The notes below the pieces were generated by a model that was not told where the DNA came from, ran no database searches, and worked only from the letters and a program-made list of their open reading frames with translations. Below, in pieces: positions 49,093 to 58,545 of a stretch of DNA of 64,000 nt (its first letter is position 1; each line of letters begins with the position of its first letter). Both the position numbers and the translations under genes were made by a program. Source of the stretch: a virus; the IMG/VR virus record IMGVR_UViG_3300045988_111617; one strand, 5' to 3'.

Positions 49093-51516
49093 TTATTTAC
49101 TACTTACTGGTTTCTTATTTATTTGTTTCTCCTTTAATCTGGCATCCTCTTCCTGCTTATCTCTCTGTACCTTGAGTTTCTCCCTTTCAAGTATCATTTT
49201 AGCATCAAACTCTCTTATCTGCTCTCTAAGTTTTGCAGCTGCTTCTTCAGACATAGGCTCCTGAATACCATCATTAATGTCTACCTCTGAATCCTGAAGT
49301 TTAGATTGAGCATTAATCTGAGCAACAAGAATCTTGGTCTCATTATCTCTCTGATTAAGTATATCTTCCTGCTGCATCTTCTGCATTTCAGTCTGCTGCT
49401 GCATCTGAGCCTGTTGCTGCTGAGCCTGGAGTTCCTGCTGCTGTTGCTGCTGAGCCATTTCTCTCATCTTCCTTTCATCATTCTCAACCATTCTTTGCTT
49501 TTCAGCAAGGGATGAAGAACCGTATATCTTCATTATAGTTGAGAAGGAAAGAGTCTGGTTTTGTAGGGCTGCCTGAGCAAGTGTCTCAAGCTGAGACTGT
49601 AACTTTTGAAGTCCTTCAGAGTTGTCTACTACAAGACCATAGTCAGCTTCTGCAAATTCATCTCCCTCTATATTTACTATCTGCATTGAACTGTCAGATA
49701 ATATATACTGGAACTTCTTGCTTCTCCCTTTAAGGGCTGCTTTTGCAGTTTCAAGGAAGCACTCAAGTGCTCTCCTCTTCACATCATCATGTATAGTAAA
49801 GAGCCATTCTGTTATATGTGATGACTGAAGAGTTGCCCTCTCAACACCACCTACAGTCTCTCTATTGCTTATCTGACCTTCTCTCTGTCTTGTGATACCT
49901 GCAACTTCAGACATCTCAAGCTTAATAAATTCAAGAAGGCTTATATATTGCTGTATGTTATTACCCCAGTCAGCATCAATCACACCTGTGGAGGCATTAT
50001 TAAGTGCTCCTGCAAGCTTTCCTGTTGCAGCACCTATATTTCCCTCTTTGAAGGAGTCTACTACAGCAATTCCATTAACCTTGGCGTAGTACATCCATTT
50101 CTCTATTTCCCATCCTTTTGGAACCTTGGCAAGGTCAAGTTGTACAATCTTACCCCAGTTCCTGGCAATCATCTTGTTAAGTCTATCATGAACAGCATCA
50201 TACAAATAGTTATACTGCTTCATCATATCAACAAGAGAGAAAGGTCTTGATTCATTAAGGTTATATATAGAACCTACTATACCAAAATGACATCTTGATG
50301 GATTTGAAAGCCTGTTGTACTGTACAACTCTTGGTCTCATATTAACATAGATATCCTGACCAATTTTAGTTCCTTCCCAAGCTTCATTAATCCAGAATGT
50401 TTGTTCTTCTTCTCCTAAGTCAGGATTACAGATATAAGTCTCTGGGTAGAAGTTGAAAGTCTCTTCACCTGTTTCAGGGTCATATGACTTTACCTTCTTT
50501 ATCTTCCTTCTTGATTTCCAGTACATTCTTAGAACTCTAAGATTACCTGCAAGGTCATAAGGAAGAAGAGAGTTCACTACTGCATCTGAAAACAGGTTAA
50601 GTGGGTCAAAGTAGAAACCATCAGTAACTACTTCATCCCCTATCATATTATTATTTACAAATCCATACCTCTCATCTATATTGTCCATAGAGTCTGAATA
50701 GGCTTGACCTATGTGGTCAGGCAACTTTTCAATATACTCCATGTCCTTTTTAGAGAGAACATCATAGAAAGTATCTATAACCCTTCCTGGGCTCCAGTAA
50801 TCTTCTATGATTATAACATCTGCATCTTCTATCCTGTTGGAATAGCCAGACTTGAACACTCTTATCTTAAGAGGATTCACCCTTTCAATGACTGGCTCTC
50901 CTCCTACTATATCACACTGATAAATCTCTTCACCTACAGTCATGGCATCCATGAAACCATTGTTGAAGAGAAGAGGCATATTATATTCCTTTATATAATG
51001 ATTGAGAAGAGCATTTGCTCTTATCTCTCTCATATCCTGCCACTGGTATGTATAGTAGTCATTGAGCTTCTCTAACTCCTGATTGAAATCTTCCTCAGAG
51101 AGTGAGTTGTCAGCAATTAACTGCTGAAGTGAAGCAAGAAGCTGCTCCTTTTTATGGTCTTCAACCTCTGTTACAGCATTAGGATTAGTCACTACCACCT
51201 TAAAGTCAAATACCCTCTTTGTCTCCTCACCCCTAAGAACATTCAGTTTGGAGTTCATAATAGGATAGTGCTGTATTCTATCAGGTATATAACCTACCTT
51301 TATACTTTCTGGGTTTATGATTGCTTCCATGTCCTCCATATGGAGCTTTCCATTAAGGAGGTCATAGTTTATCTTCTTATGTATTGTGCTTTTCCTTACA
51401 GGAGAATAGTTGAAGAATGTCTTGGAATCTGCCCAATCCATACATTGCTTCCTCCACTTCTTTGTCTTCTGTGAGAAGGGCAGTTGTTGCCTTGGAAAAT
51501 TAATAAATTCTGACAT
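49093..51516 (-). CDS. Putative portal protein (807 aa) with C-terminal Gln-rich coiled-coil tail
   Basis: Located immediately downstream of the terminase large subunit gene. Size is consistent with crAss-like portals. C-terminal ..MAQQQQQQELQAQQQQAQMQQQTEMQKMQQ.. low-complexity tail. Confidence 0.55.
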   Translation of the reverse strand: MSEFINFPRQQLPFSQKTKKWRKQCMDWADSKTFFNYSPVRKSTIHKKINYDLLNGKLHMEDMEAIINPESIKVGYIPDRIQHYPIMNSKLNVLRGEETKRVFDFKVVVTNPNAVTEVEDHKKEQLLASLQQLIADNSLSEEDFNQELEKLNDYYTYQWQDMREIRANALLNHYIKEYNMPLLFNNGFMDAMTVGEEIYQCDIVGGEPVIERVNPLKIRVFKSGYSNRIEDADVIIIEDYWSPGRVIDTFYDVLSKKDMEYIEKLPDHIGQAYSDSMDNIDERYGFVNNNMIGDEVVTDGFYFDPLNLFSDAVVNSLLPYDLAGNLRVLRMYWKSRRKIKKVKSYDPETGEETFNFYPETYICNPDLGEEEQTFWINEAWEGTKIGQDIYVNMRPRVVQYNRLSNPSRCHFGIVGSIYNLNESRPFSLVDMMKQYNYLYDAVHDRLNKMIARNWGKIVQLDLAKVPKGWEIEKWMYYAKVNGIAVVDSFKEGNIGAATGKLAGALNNASTGVIDADWGNNIQQYISLLEFIKLEMSEVAGITRQREGQISNRETVGGVERATLQSSHITEWLFTIHDDVKRRALECFLETAKAALKGRSKKFQYILSDSSMQIVNIEGDEFAEADYGLVVDNSEGLQKLQSQLETLAQAALQNQTLSFSTIMKIYGSSSLAEKQRMVENDERKMREMAQQQQQQELQAQQQQAQMQQQTEMQKMQQEDILNQRDNETKILVAQINAQSKLQDSEVDINDGIQEPMSEEAAAKLREQIREFDAKMILEREKLKVQRDKQEEDARLKEKQINKKPVSSK

Positions 51517-51552
51517 TCTTAGTTACTTTTTTAACTGTGCAAAAGTAATAAA

Positions 51553-51580
51553 ACTTATCCTATTAAGCAATAGGATAAGT
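51553..51580 (-). terminator. Terminator hairpin ACTTATCCTATT-AAGC-AATAGGATAAGT followed by TTTTATTACTTTT (minus-strand reading)
   Basis: Perfect 12-bp stem between the TerL stop and the portal start. Confidence 0.65.
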
Positions 51581-51598
51581 AAATTATTAAGAGTAGTA

Positions 51599-53908
51599 TT
51601 ACTTTTTGCTAAATTTCATCAATCTATCATCATAATTAATCTTGAAGAAAGGGTCATTACCTAAATAATCAGCTGACACCTTATCATCCTCCCTCTTCAT
51701 ATCTCCCTGATACAGAATTACTTTCTCCTCTCTATACAACATTACCATACCTAATGCCCTTACCCTATCCACATTTATATCTGGATTAAACAGAATAAGC
51801 TCCTTAAGGAGAGCCCTATTTCTTATTCTATAGAGATTGAATATAGTAGTCTCAACTTGCTCACCATCTACTTCCTGTACAACTGTTATTGGCTTAAGCA
51901 ACCAATCCCTTATGAGAGTGTTAGCATAGTTGTTAATAGGAGCTGTTGCATTCACTCCTTTTGATTTATTACCTACTCCTATGACTTTTATAAGGTCCTT
52001 ATCCTTAAGATATTCAGGAGTATCTGCAAGAAGATAGGTGCAGTTCATTCTTGAGAAGTATGCAAATATACCTTTTTTATTGTTCTCATAGAGGCACTTT
52101 GCATTATAGAACAGGCAAAGTTTCCTGACCATCTCAAAGTTATCATCAGCATGTGTTTTTCTTCCAGTATACTCTGCTACTATCTGGTCTGTCCATAGGT
52201 CAAGAACAAAGGTTGAAGTGAGGGAAAGTGTATCTGACTCATCATCATCAACAGGGTCATGACCTATAATATACCTGTCAGGAAATACCCTATCCTCTCT
52301 ATTCTTCTCTGGAAGATTGAATATCTCAAGTGCACCTTCTGCCTTATTATCTTTTAGAGGGAAATCTCTGATTGGCAAATCAGTAGTAGGACAGAACTCT
52401 ACTTCTCCCTTGGCATTCTGTATCAAAGTACCTGTGTAGACATCATCAAACTCTCTTAGATTATTATCCAACTGATTAAGTCTTTCATTAAGGTCTGTAA
52501 CTGGGAACAGATTACCCCTTGTCTTGAGGATAGCTTCCTGTGGAGTTATAGGGATTTCAGCAATTCTCTTGGTTATTGAGTTAATATCAGTAGAGTTGTA
52601 CTTTACAAGATATCTATCCTTGAGTATCTCAAGAAGAGCTTTTGTTACATCTGAATTTCCATCCTTATCATAACATTCTGCCCTATTCATATAACCAGGG
52701 AAGAAGAAAGTAAATAACTTTCTACCCTGACCCTCCTTATCATAGACATTTGGAAGGTCCTGCATATTATATCCGAGAGGGTTATACATAATCTCCTGAG
52801 CTGAAGCAAAGTCAGACTCATTGTCTCCAGCAGTACCATACATGAAGATAAGACCATATATATTCTCTCCATCCTCTACTGATGGTCTAAGAGTGTTGTA
52901 AAGACCAAGAAGTCTTGGGAATGTACCAAACTCTTCTATAAGATAGAGTACGCCTCTTGAACCTCTCAGCTTAGACTCATCATCCTTAGATGTGATACCT
53001 ATTACTGAGTTAAGAGTTCCCTTCTTTGTACCACTGTCAAGGTCCTGGTAACCCATAGTCCACTGAAGATTCTGCATGGTATTGACCAGTCTCTTTGAAG
53101 GGAACTGGGTATTCTGAGCACAGAAGTCTATATACCCAGAGAACATATCAAGTATCTGATTAGCACCTGACAGATATTTCTTTTCAGAGGCAGTTACAAC
53201 ACACTGTACTTTCTTGTTTACTTCAAAAGATTCTCCAAGTATGAACCTTTTTGCAAGAAGTGCTGCACCTAAGTAGGACTTACCCTTACCTCTGGAAGCA
53301 AGTTCAGCAGCATGATGTCCATTAGCTCTTGCTTTTTGTAGATAATGAGTGAGATAGTAGTGACCTTCCCAGAATTTAGGAAAGTCCACAACCCTATTAG
53401 CCCTTCTTCCCCCTTTCTCATCCTTTCTATCCTGAAGAATAGGACAATAATTGAGGAAGAAATATAGGTCACCAGTTATCCATTCACCATCAGAAGGTCT
53501 GACATAACCTTCATAACATCTTCTTATTTCCTCTCTAATCCACTTGCCAAACTCAGAATTTGGGTTTGGATTAGGTCTCAAGTCTGTAAATCTTCCAGTC
53601 TCCTTGAAATGTATTGCTGTTGGTCTGAAGTAGTCACTATCCTCTATTATATGGGGCTTTGTTATATCAATTATAATCTTACCTTCTTCATCCCTTGGAA
53701 GGTCACAAGCCCTTGGTCTGTTTTCTGAAATCAGACTTCTTATGTAAGGAACATTATGAAGAAAATCAAGATATTGGTCTTGAATCTCCTGTGGTAAGCC
53801 CTCTATAGAAGATTGGGTGACAGGAGTTTGATACTTATTAGTTGGTATTAATATTCTATCTTCTTCCATACAAATCCTCCAGCTAAATTCCTCTCTCCTC
53901 TTAAACAC
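51599..53908 (-). CDS. terL: Terminase large subunit (769 aa)
   Basis: Walker A-like ..HAAELASRGKGKSYLGAALLAKRF.. ATPase motifs, C-terminal acidic nuclease region (..IIGHDPVDDDESD..), typical size, and a position directly upstream of the portal gene. Confidence 0.75.
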   Translation of the reverse strand: MFKRREEFSWRICMEEDRILIPTNKYQTPVTQSSIEGLPQEIQDQYLDFLHNVPYIRSLISENRPRACDLPRDEEGKIIIDITKPHIIEDSDYFRPTAIHFKETGRFTDLRPNPNPNSEFGKWIREEIRRCYEGYVRPSDGEWITGDLYFFLNYCPILQDRKDEKGGRRANRVVDFPKFWEGHYYLTHYLQKARANGHHAAELASRGKGKSYLGAALLAKRFILGESFEVNKKVQCVVTASEKKYLSGANQILDMFSGYIDFCAQNTQFPSKRLVNTMQNLQWTMGYQDLDSGTKKGTLNSVIGITSKDDESKLRGSRGVLYLIEEFGTFPRLLGLYNTLRPSVEDGENIYGLIFMYGTAGDNESDFASAQEIMYNPLGYNMQDLPNVYDKEGQGRKLFTFFFPGYMNRAECYDKDGNSDVTKALLEILKDRYLVKYNSTDINSITKRIAEIPITPQEAILKTRGNLFPVTDLNERLNQLDNNLREFDDVYTGTLIQNAKGEVEFCPTTDLPIRDFPLKDNKAEGALEIFNLPEKNREDRVFPDRYIIGHDPVDDDESDTLSLTSTFVLDLWTDQIVAEYTGRKTHADDNFEMVRKLCLFYNAKCLYENNKKGIFAYFSRMNCTYLLADTPEYLKDKDLIKVIGVGNKSKGVNATAPINNYANTLIRDWLLKPITVVQEVDGEQVETTIFNLYRIRNRALLKELILFNPDINVDRVRALGMVMLYREEKVILYQGDMKREDDKVSADYLGNDPFFKINYDDRLMKFSKK

Positions 53909-54630
53909 CTCCTGATATAGGATGCTTTCACTCCAGTAGCTTCTTCTGCCTCTTTAACAGAAGAAAAAATCCTAATTAATTCAGTCTTATTGAACTGCCC
54001 TATTGGAGAAACTCTATCTTTAATTAGAGTTACTCTTCTGTTAAGTTCTTCTGGATTATTATATCTTAGAAATATAAATCCTTTTGTTTGAATAACTCCC
54101 TTATAATTATAACAGCTAAAGTATATTTCAGAACTACTTATACCTAAAACCCTCCCTGCCTCTTGAGCACTCTGAAAAATATTTATCAGCTCACCTGTTA
54201 ATGAGAATTGGTATACTTTGTATTTTGAATGTCCTGTCCTAAGTTTATTTATATACTCTTCTGTTATTTCTATCTTAGATGGTTCACTCTTCTTAGAAAG
54301 ACTTAATTTTCTCTTAGATTGCTCAGTCCAGTGAAACCCTTTATTAACTTTACCTCCTGGAGCTATATTATAGGAGAACTTTTTAGAGTCTGTTATTAAT
54401 TGTTTCTCCAGTTTCTCTGCCTCAGAAAGTGATAATTTATCTCTTAGAATTATATGATAAAAATTATCCCATCCATATTTAAGAATTGCATTATAAAACT
54501 TTCTACAGTTTTTATACCCTTCTCCATTTTTCCACCTAAGTTCTGGAACTGAAGAAGTTATTCCTACATAAGTTTTTCCATTTACTTTATTTATATGGCA
54601 ATAAACAGTATAATTACACCTTATGTCCAT
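53848..54630 (-). CDS. GIY-YIG homing endonuclease (260 aa)
   Basis: N-terminus ..YTVYCHINKVNGKTYVGITSSVPELRWKNGEGY...KYGWDNF.. is a GIY-YIG core. Overlaps the terL start by 61 nt. Confidence 0.75.
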   Translation of the reverse strand: MDIRCNYTVYCHINKVNGKTYVGITSSVPELRWKNGEGYKNCRKFYNAILKYGWDNFYHIILRDKLSLSEAEKLEKQLITDSKKFSYNIAPGGKVNKGFHWTEQSKRKLSLSKKSEPSKIEITEEYINKLRTGHSKYKVYQFSLTGELINIFQSAQEAGRVLGISSSEIYFSCYNYKGVIQTKGFIFLRYNNPEELNRRVTLIKDRVSPIGQFNKTELIRIFSSVKEAEEATGVKASYIRRCLRGERNLAGGFVWKKIEY

Positions 54631-54961
54631 CTATCACCTCCTTTCCTTCCTCTGACATTACCCACTTGAGCACCTCATATGTGAAGAAAGGTTCCATAAG
54701 GTCCCATACCTTGGAATCATCAGTTCCTGATGTATTTATAGACTGTTGTACCTTCAATACTAAAGTATTTTTCCCTTCAGAATGGAGAAACAGTTCCAAT
54801 GTAAGTTCCTTATATGCCTTTATCTTTAGTGGTTTGCTGGTCTTTCTTACAATGAACCTTATAAATGGATTCTTTGTTCTTTCTATTGCTAACCTTGTAA
54901 GTGACCTTATTATCTCTTCCATATATATCCTCCTGCTGTTGGTTGTTTTCCATTTAAACAA
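54614..54961 (-). CDS. Hypothetical protein (115 aa) sandwiched between two GIY-YIG genes
   Basis: ORF. It might be a terminase small subunit by position, but there is no direct evidence. Confidence 0.5.
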   Translation of the reverse strand: MFKWKTTNSRRIYMEEIIRSLTRLAIERTKNPFIRFIVRKTSKPLKIKAYKELTLELFLHSEGKNTLVLKVQQSINTSGTDDSKVWDLMEPFFTYEVLKWVMSEEGKEVIDGHKV

Positions 54962-55587
54962 TTTGACAATGAGCCTTTATGAGTTTTAGTTAATCTTGCT
55001 GCTTCATTGATACTATCAAAACATGCTATAAGATTTCCTTCTTTATCAAATTGTTTAACCTTTGTAGTTTTTCTTTTTCTATCTTCCCATTTTCTCCAAT
55101 CTGGAGGAGTCCCTTTATTTACCACTACGTATCCCTTGTAATGGAACATCCCATTATAGGTATGCAATGAACCATTCAATCCAGATGGGCTAACTCCTAA
55201 AGTATCAGAGGCTTCTTGTATAGATTTGAAACTTCCAAGAAATTCATGCTTCAAATTATATACATCTATTGGAATAGATGTATCTGGAGTATCATCATAC
55301 CCATCTGACATGTTATAGGATAATCTAAGACTCTTATAATATGCTATTAATTCTGCTTCCAATATAACAGCATCTTCATTATCAAGTCCTGAATATAGAA
55401 TCTCATGAGTAAAATTATCCCAACCATATTTTTCTATGGCTCTTCTGAAAACCATTTGAGTTTTATAGCCAGACCCATTCAATCCCCATCTTTTGATGGG
55501 AGACTGGCAAGTAATACCAATATAAACTTTGCCATTTATTTTGTTGGTGTGTTTATATAGAGTAAATTTTTTATCTTTAACTAACAT
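54910..55587 (-). CDS. GIY-YIG homing endonuclease (225 aa)
   Basis: N-terminus ..FTLYKHTNKINGKVYIGITCQSPIKRW...KYGWDNFTHEIL...YNMSDG.. is a GIY-YIG core. Confidence 0.75.
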   Translation of the reverse strand: MLVKDKKFTLYKHTNKINGKVYIGITCQSPIKRWGLNGSGYKTQMVFRRAIEKYGWDNFTHEILYSGLDNEDAVILEAELIAYYKSLRLSYNMSDGYDDTPDTSIPIDVYNLKHEFLGSFKSIQEASDTLGVSPSGLNGSLHTYNGMFHYKGYVVVNKGTPPDWRKWEDRKRKTTKVKQFDKEGNLIACFDSINEAARLTKTHKGSLSNCLNGKQPTAGGYIWKR

Positions 55588-55599
55588 ATTGTCATACAG

Positions 55600-56166
55600 T
55601 TAGATAAAAACCCCATCCTCGAAAATTGTTTTGTTATTACCACCTCTTGCTCTTCCAGCCTCTTCAAGTTCCTTTTGGACTGCTCTTTCAGCTTCAGAAA
55701 GAGACTTAGCAAGTTCTGGAATCTGTTTTATAGCAGAGGTTATGGTATTCACAGGATATACAGGCTTACCCTTATCATCCCTTTCATTAAGGTCTACGTT
55801 CCTAAGAAACTCCCTTAACTTGTCTATGGCAACTCTTGTATCCTGAAGAAGTAGAGTAGAGGAAGTATTGCATAACTTTGCATAGATGTTCATAGCTTCT
55901 TCAAGTTCCTTTGAAGGTTTGAAGTCTTCTGGAAGACCTTCCTGTAGAATTATCTCCTTTGCCCTTTCCTCTGGGTCAGTTATATACATATATGAACTGA
56001 TTGGGTCAGTCATAAAATAAAGATAACTTATCTGCTGCCAGAATTTCTCCTTAGTAGCAGACCTATCCTGATTGAAAAGTTTCCTTATAGGTTTCACAAG
56101 ATAGGCTTCATCTGACAACTTTAACTGGTAATTATCATATTCTATTAACTTCATATCTATAACCAA
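55600..56166 (-). CDS. Hypothetical protein (188 aa)
   Basis: ORF. Confidence 0.65.
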   Translation of the reverse strand: MVIDMKLIEYDNYQLKLSDEAYLVKPIRKLFNQDRSATKEKFWQQISYLYFMTDPISSYMYITDPEERAKEIILQEGLPEDFKPSKELEEAMNIYAKLCNTSSTLLLQDTRVAIDKLREFLRNVDLNERDDKGKPVYPVNTITSAIKQIPELAKSLSEAERAVQKELEEAGRARGGNNKTIFEDGVFI

Positions 56167-56197
56167 TAAAAGCCAGTTTATTAAACTGGCTATATAA

Positions 56198-56644
56198 CTA
56201 AGATATTATCTTACTTGTTCCTGGGGTATAGATTCCAGCCTTAGCTGCTCTTGATTCTATTGTTTCCTCAGGGGTATCATCCTCATATTCCTCTATAACA
56301 AAATCTACATCCTGTGTTTCAAGAAGTAAATGAGGGACTCCATCAAGTTCTATGATTGGAAGATTATAGCCAAGCACTGGATTGTCCTCAATAACTCCAT
56401 CCTTTAGAGAGCCCTGTTTATGTTTCATCACTGCATATCTTGCAGGATTAATCATAACTATATCTCCTACCTTAAGTCCAGCAGGATTAGAACCTACTGC
56501 TACAATCCTTTGATATTCTTTGACAGAACCTGCCTGCTTCTTTGCTATTACAAGACCACCTTCAGTAGTCTGGTCTTCCTCATATCTATCAAGTGTTGTC
56601 ACTATTTTAGTAAATAGTGGTCTAATTTTCTTTATATTAATCAT
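56198..56644 (-). CDS. GroES-like co-chaperonin (Cpn10 fold) with C-terminal acidic extension (148 aa)
   Basis: ..IRPLFTKIVTTLDRYEEDQTTEGGLVIA......RIVAVGSNPAGLKVGDIVMI.. parallels the GroES pattern IRPL.DRV.V....E..T.GGI......VLAVG......LDVKVGD.V. Confidence 0.6.
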   Translation of the reverse strand: MINIKKIRPLFTKIVTTLDRYEEDQTTEGGLVIAKKQAGSVKEYQRIVAVGSNPAGLKVGDIVMINPARYAVMKHKQGSLKDGVIEDNPVLGYNLPIIELDGVPHLLLETQDVDFVIEEYEDDTPEETIESRAAKAGIYTPGTSKIIS

Positions 56645-56912
56645 TACTTCTACTCTTTAAACCATTGAGATACTTAAATCTCTTCTTCATTCCCAAATAC
56701 CTCTCATAGGTACATACAAGTTTGCCCAATGATGGAACATTGAAACATGTCCTGAGCTCATTAAATTCCTCTTCAGTGAGATTTTCCTTCAAAGGCAGTT
56801 CTGTGATTGTCTCTCTAATGAACCTCCAAAATGTCCTATAGGCTAAAGATACAACCTCTTCAGGTATTCCTGTCTCCTGAGAGACTTTCTCAAATATTGG
56901 CTTATAGTTCAT
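56637..56912 (-). CDS. Hypothetical small protein (91 aa)
   Basis: ORF in a tightly packed run of small genes. Confidence 0.55.
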   Translation of the reverse strand: MNYKPIFEKVSQETGIPEEVVSLAYRTFWRFIRETITELPLKENLTEEEFNELRTCFNVPSLGKLVCTYERYLGMKKRFKYLNGLKSRSND

Positions 56913-57289
56913 TACTTCAATGTAAAGTACAACAATAACTTAAATGAACCAGATTCTTCATCTATATTAGGTATGAATCTTGGATTTATCTTTCCATCCA
57001 CAATTATCTGATTCTTTCTAAGTTTACCCATTATCACTTGAAAGTGAGGAAGGGTTATATTGCATTCCTCCCTCACTGCTTTTTTGGTATCTTCACTCAT
57101 CAATACCTTATCAAGTATATCTGGGTCTTTAACTACCTTACTTAGTTTATATCTCTGCTTGACAAATGCAGTAGCCACATCCATTTCTCTTGCTGTAAGT
57201 CTATGGAATGGCTCAAGAAATTCAAACCATTTTCTAAAGAAGGAATCAATATTGCCTGGAACCATTACTACACTGTCAGGCTTCTTCAT
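56912..57289 (-). CDS. Hypothetical small protein (125 aa)
   Basis: ORF. ATGA overlap with the upstream gene. Confidence 0.6.
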   Translation of the reverse strand: MKKPDSVVMVPGNIDSFFRKWFEFLEPFHRLTAREMDVATAFVKQRYKLSKVVKDPDILDKVLMSEDTKKAVREECNITLPHFQVIMGKLRKNQIIVDGKINPRFIPNIDEESGSFKLLLYFTLK

Positions 57290-57291
57290 GA

Positions 57292-57585
57292 TTATTCCTT
57301 TGCTTTAGGTTCAGTAGTATCCTCTGGTGTATCTTCAGGAAGAGTCATAAGTGACTCAATCTCTGTTACACACTTACCTACAAATTCATCACTGAACATA
57401 TGTGAGAACTCCATAACCTTGAACAGATAGTTGAGTCTCTCAAACATATTCTTATAGTTGAGGTCATTAAGAGCTCTTCTCAACTGCATATTCTGCTGCT
57501 GAAGCTGTCCAGCTATGTTCCTAAGTTCCTCATAACTGAGCTGTTTTGGCTGCTCAGGTGCCTGTGCTTTTACTTTCTCTTCCAT
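57292..57585 (-). CDS. Hypothetical small protein (97 aa), Gln-rich coiled coil
   Basis: ORF. Confidence 0.55.
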   Translation of the reverse strand: MEEKVKAQAPEQPKQLSYEELRNIAGQLQQQNMQLRRALNDLNYKNMFERLNYLFKVMEFSHMFSDEFVGKCVTEIESLMTLPEDTPEDTTEPKAKE

Positions 57586-57800
57586 TATACTTCTTCTCCT
57601 GTTAAAAAATTCCTACCATACTTCTGTTCATACATCTTCTCCCAAGTATGTATGTCAGTTTGACCAACCTCAGTACTACCACATTCATCACAGAAATCAA
57701 GATAATCAGTATCTACAGAATCATCTACTGACTTAATGTTAAGTGATAGACAGTGCTTGCAGTAAAATACTGGTTCACTATTAAAATCTTGCTCTACCAT
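57585..57800 (-). CDS. Small zinc-ribbon protein (71 aa; CxxC...CxxC)
   Basis: YCKHCLSLN...FCDECGS gives two CxxC pairs. Confidence 0.55.
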   Translation of the reverse strand: MVEQDFNSEPVFYCKHCLSLNIKSVDDSVDTDYLDFCDECGSTEVGQTDIHTWEKMYEQKYGRNFLTGEEV

Positions 57801-58063
57801 ATTACTCTTTTACCTGTGATTCTTTCCCAAATTCTCTTCTTCTCAATATTAGCCTCTCTACCCTTAGTATGTTTCTTGTTGTTAAAAGGTCTCTTTGGGA
57901 GGATATAACCAAAGCTGGTTATGTATCCCTTCTTAAAGGCTCTCTTTACTGACTTAAATCTTTTGACACACTCAAAGTAGTGAAGTTTAAGTGTGTTTCT
58001 AAGCAAGTCCTGAAACTCTTCCTCTGAAATAGGAGCAACTTCCTTTACATTCTTCTCTTCCAT
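57794..58063 (-). CDS. Hypothetical small basic protein (89 aa)
   Basis: ORF. Confidence 0.55.
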   Translation of the reverse strand: MEEKNVKEVAPISEEEFQDLLRNTLKLHYFECVKRFKSVKRAFKKGYITSFGYILPKRPFNNKKHTKGREANIEKKRIWERITGKRVIW

Positions 58064-58074
58064 TGTCTTGAAAT

Positions 58075-58230
58075 TTAAGCATAATAGGTCAAGATATACT
58101 GACCTCCTTCCTTAGCAAGAGATACAATATCATCTCTCTGTATGCCCAGTTCATTAGACTGTTTTACTATCTCCCTGATAGTATCACCATAGATGGCACA
58201 CATTATTTTAACATTCTTATCTTCTCCCAT
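58075..58230 (-). CDS. Possible small ORF (51 aa: MGEDKNVKIMCAIYGDTIREIVKQSNELGIQRDDIVSLAKEGGQYILTYYA)
   Basis: Hand-translated from the minus strand in the gap between the 89-aa gene and the first tRNA. Below the ORF-track size cutoff. Confidence 0.35.
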   Translation of the reverse strand: MGEDKNVKIMCAIYGDTIREIVKQSNELGIQRDDIVSLAKEGGQYILTYYA

Positions 58231-58249
58231 AGTATTGAATATTAATTAG

Positions 58250-58332
58250 ATGCGGGAGGGGGACTTGAACCCCCGAGGCTAAAGAGCAGGAGCTTATGAG
58301 ACTCCCCAGATACCAACTTCTGACATCCCGCA
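58250..58332 (-). tRNA. tRNA with CAU anticodon and a long (14-nt) variable arm (type-II architecture); identity uncertain (Met/Ile2-like anticodon on a Leu/Ser/Tyr-like scaffold)
   Basis: Hand-folded: acceptor TGCGGGA/TCCCGCA (7 bp), D-stem 3-4 bp with loop AAGTTGGTAT, anticodon stem GGAGT/GCTCC with loop CTCATAA, variable region TGCTCTTTAGCCTC, T-arm GGGGG-TTCAAGT-CCCCC. Confidence 0.55.
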
Positions 58333-58342
58333 ATATTTATTG

Positions 58343-58414
58343 AGCCTTCTATTGGAATTGAACCAATATCTACTGATTACAAATCAGTTATAATAACCTT
58401 TATATTAAGAAGGC
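58343..58414 (-). tRNA. tRNA-Thr (anticodon UGU)
   Basis: Acceptor GCCTTCT/AGAAGGC; anticodon stem ACTGA/TCAGT with loop TTTGTAA; T-arm ATTGG-TTCAATT-CCAAT. Confidence 0.7.
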
Positions 58415-58455
58415 AACACTCTTATAGTATGCTTATAAGCCTTAAGAGTTTATTG

Positions 58456-58538
58456 TGGGGATAGAGGGATTTGAACCCTCAAGAGACATGCTCATGGGTG
58501 TTTAAGACCCATATGTTTACCAGTTTCATCATACCCCC
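58456..58538 (-). tRNA. tRNA-Leu (anticodon UAA), type II
   Basis: Acceptor GGGGGTA/TATCCCC (G:U at position 5); anticodon stem TGGGT/ACCCA with loop CTTAAAC; long variable arm TGAGCATGTCTCTT; T-arm GAGGG-TTCAAAT-CCCTC. Confidence 0.7.
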
Positions 58539-58545
58539 AATCCCT

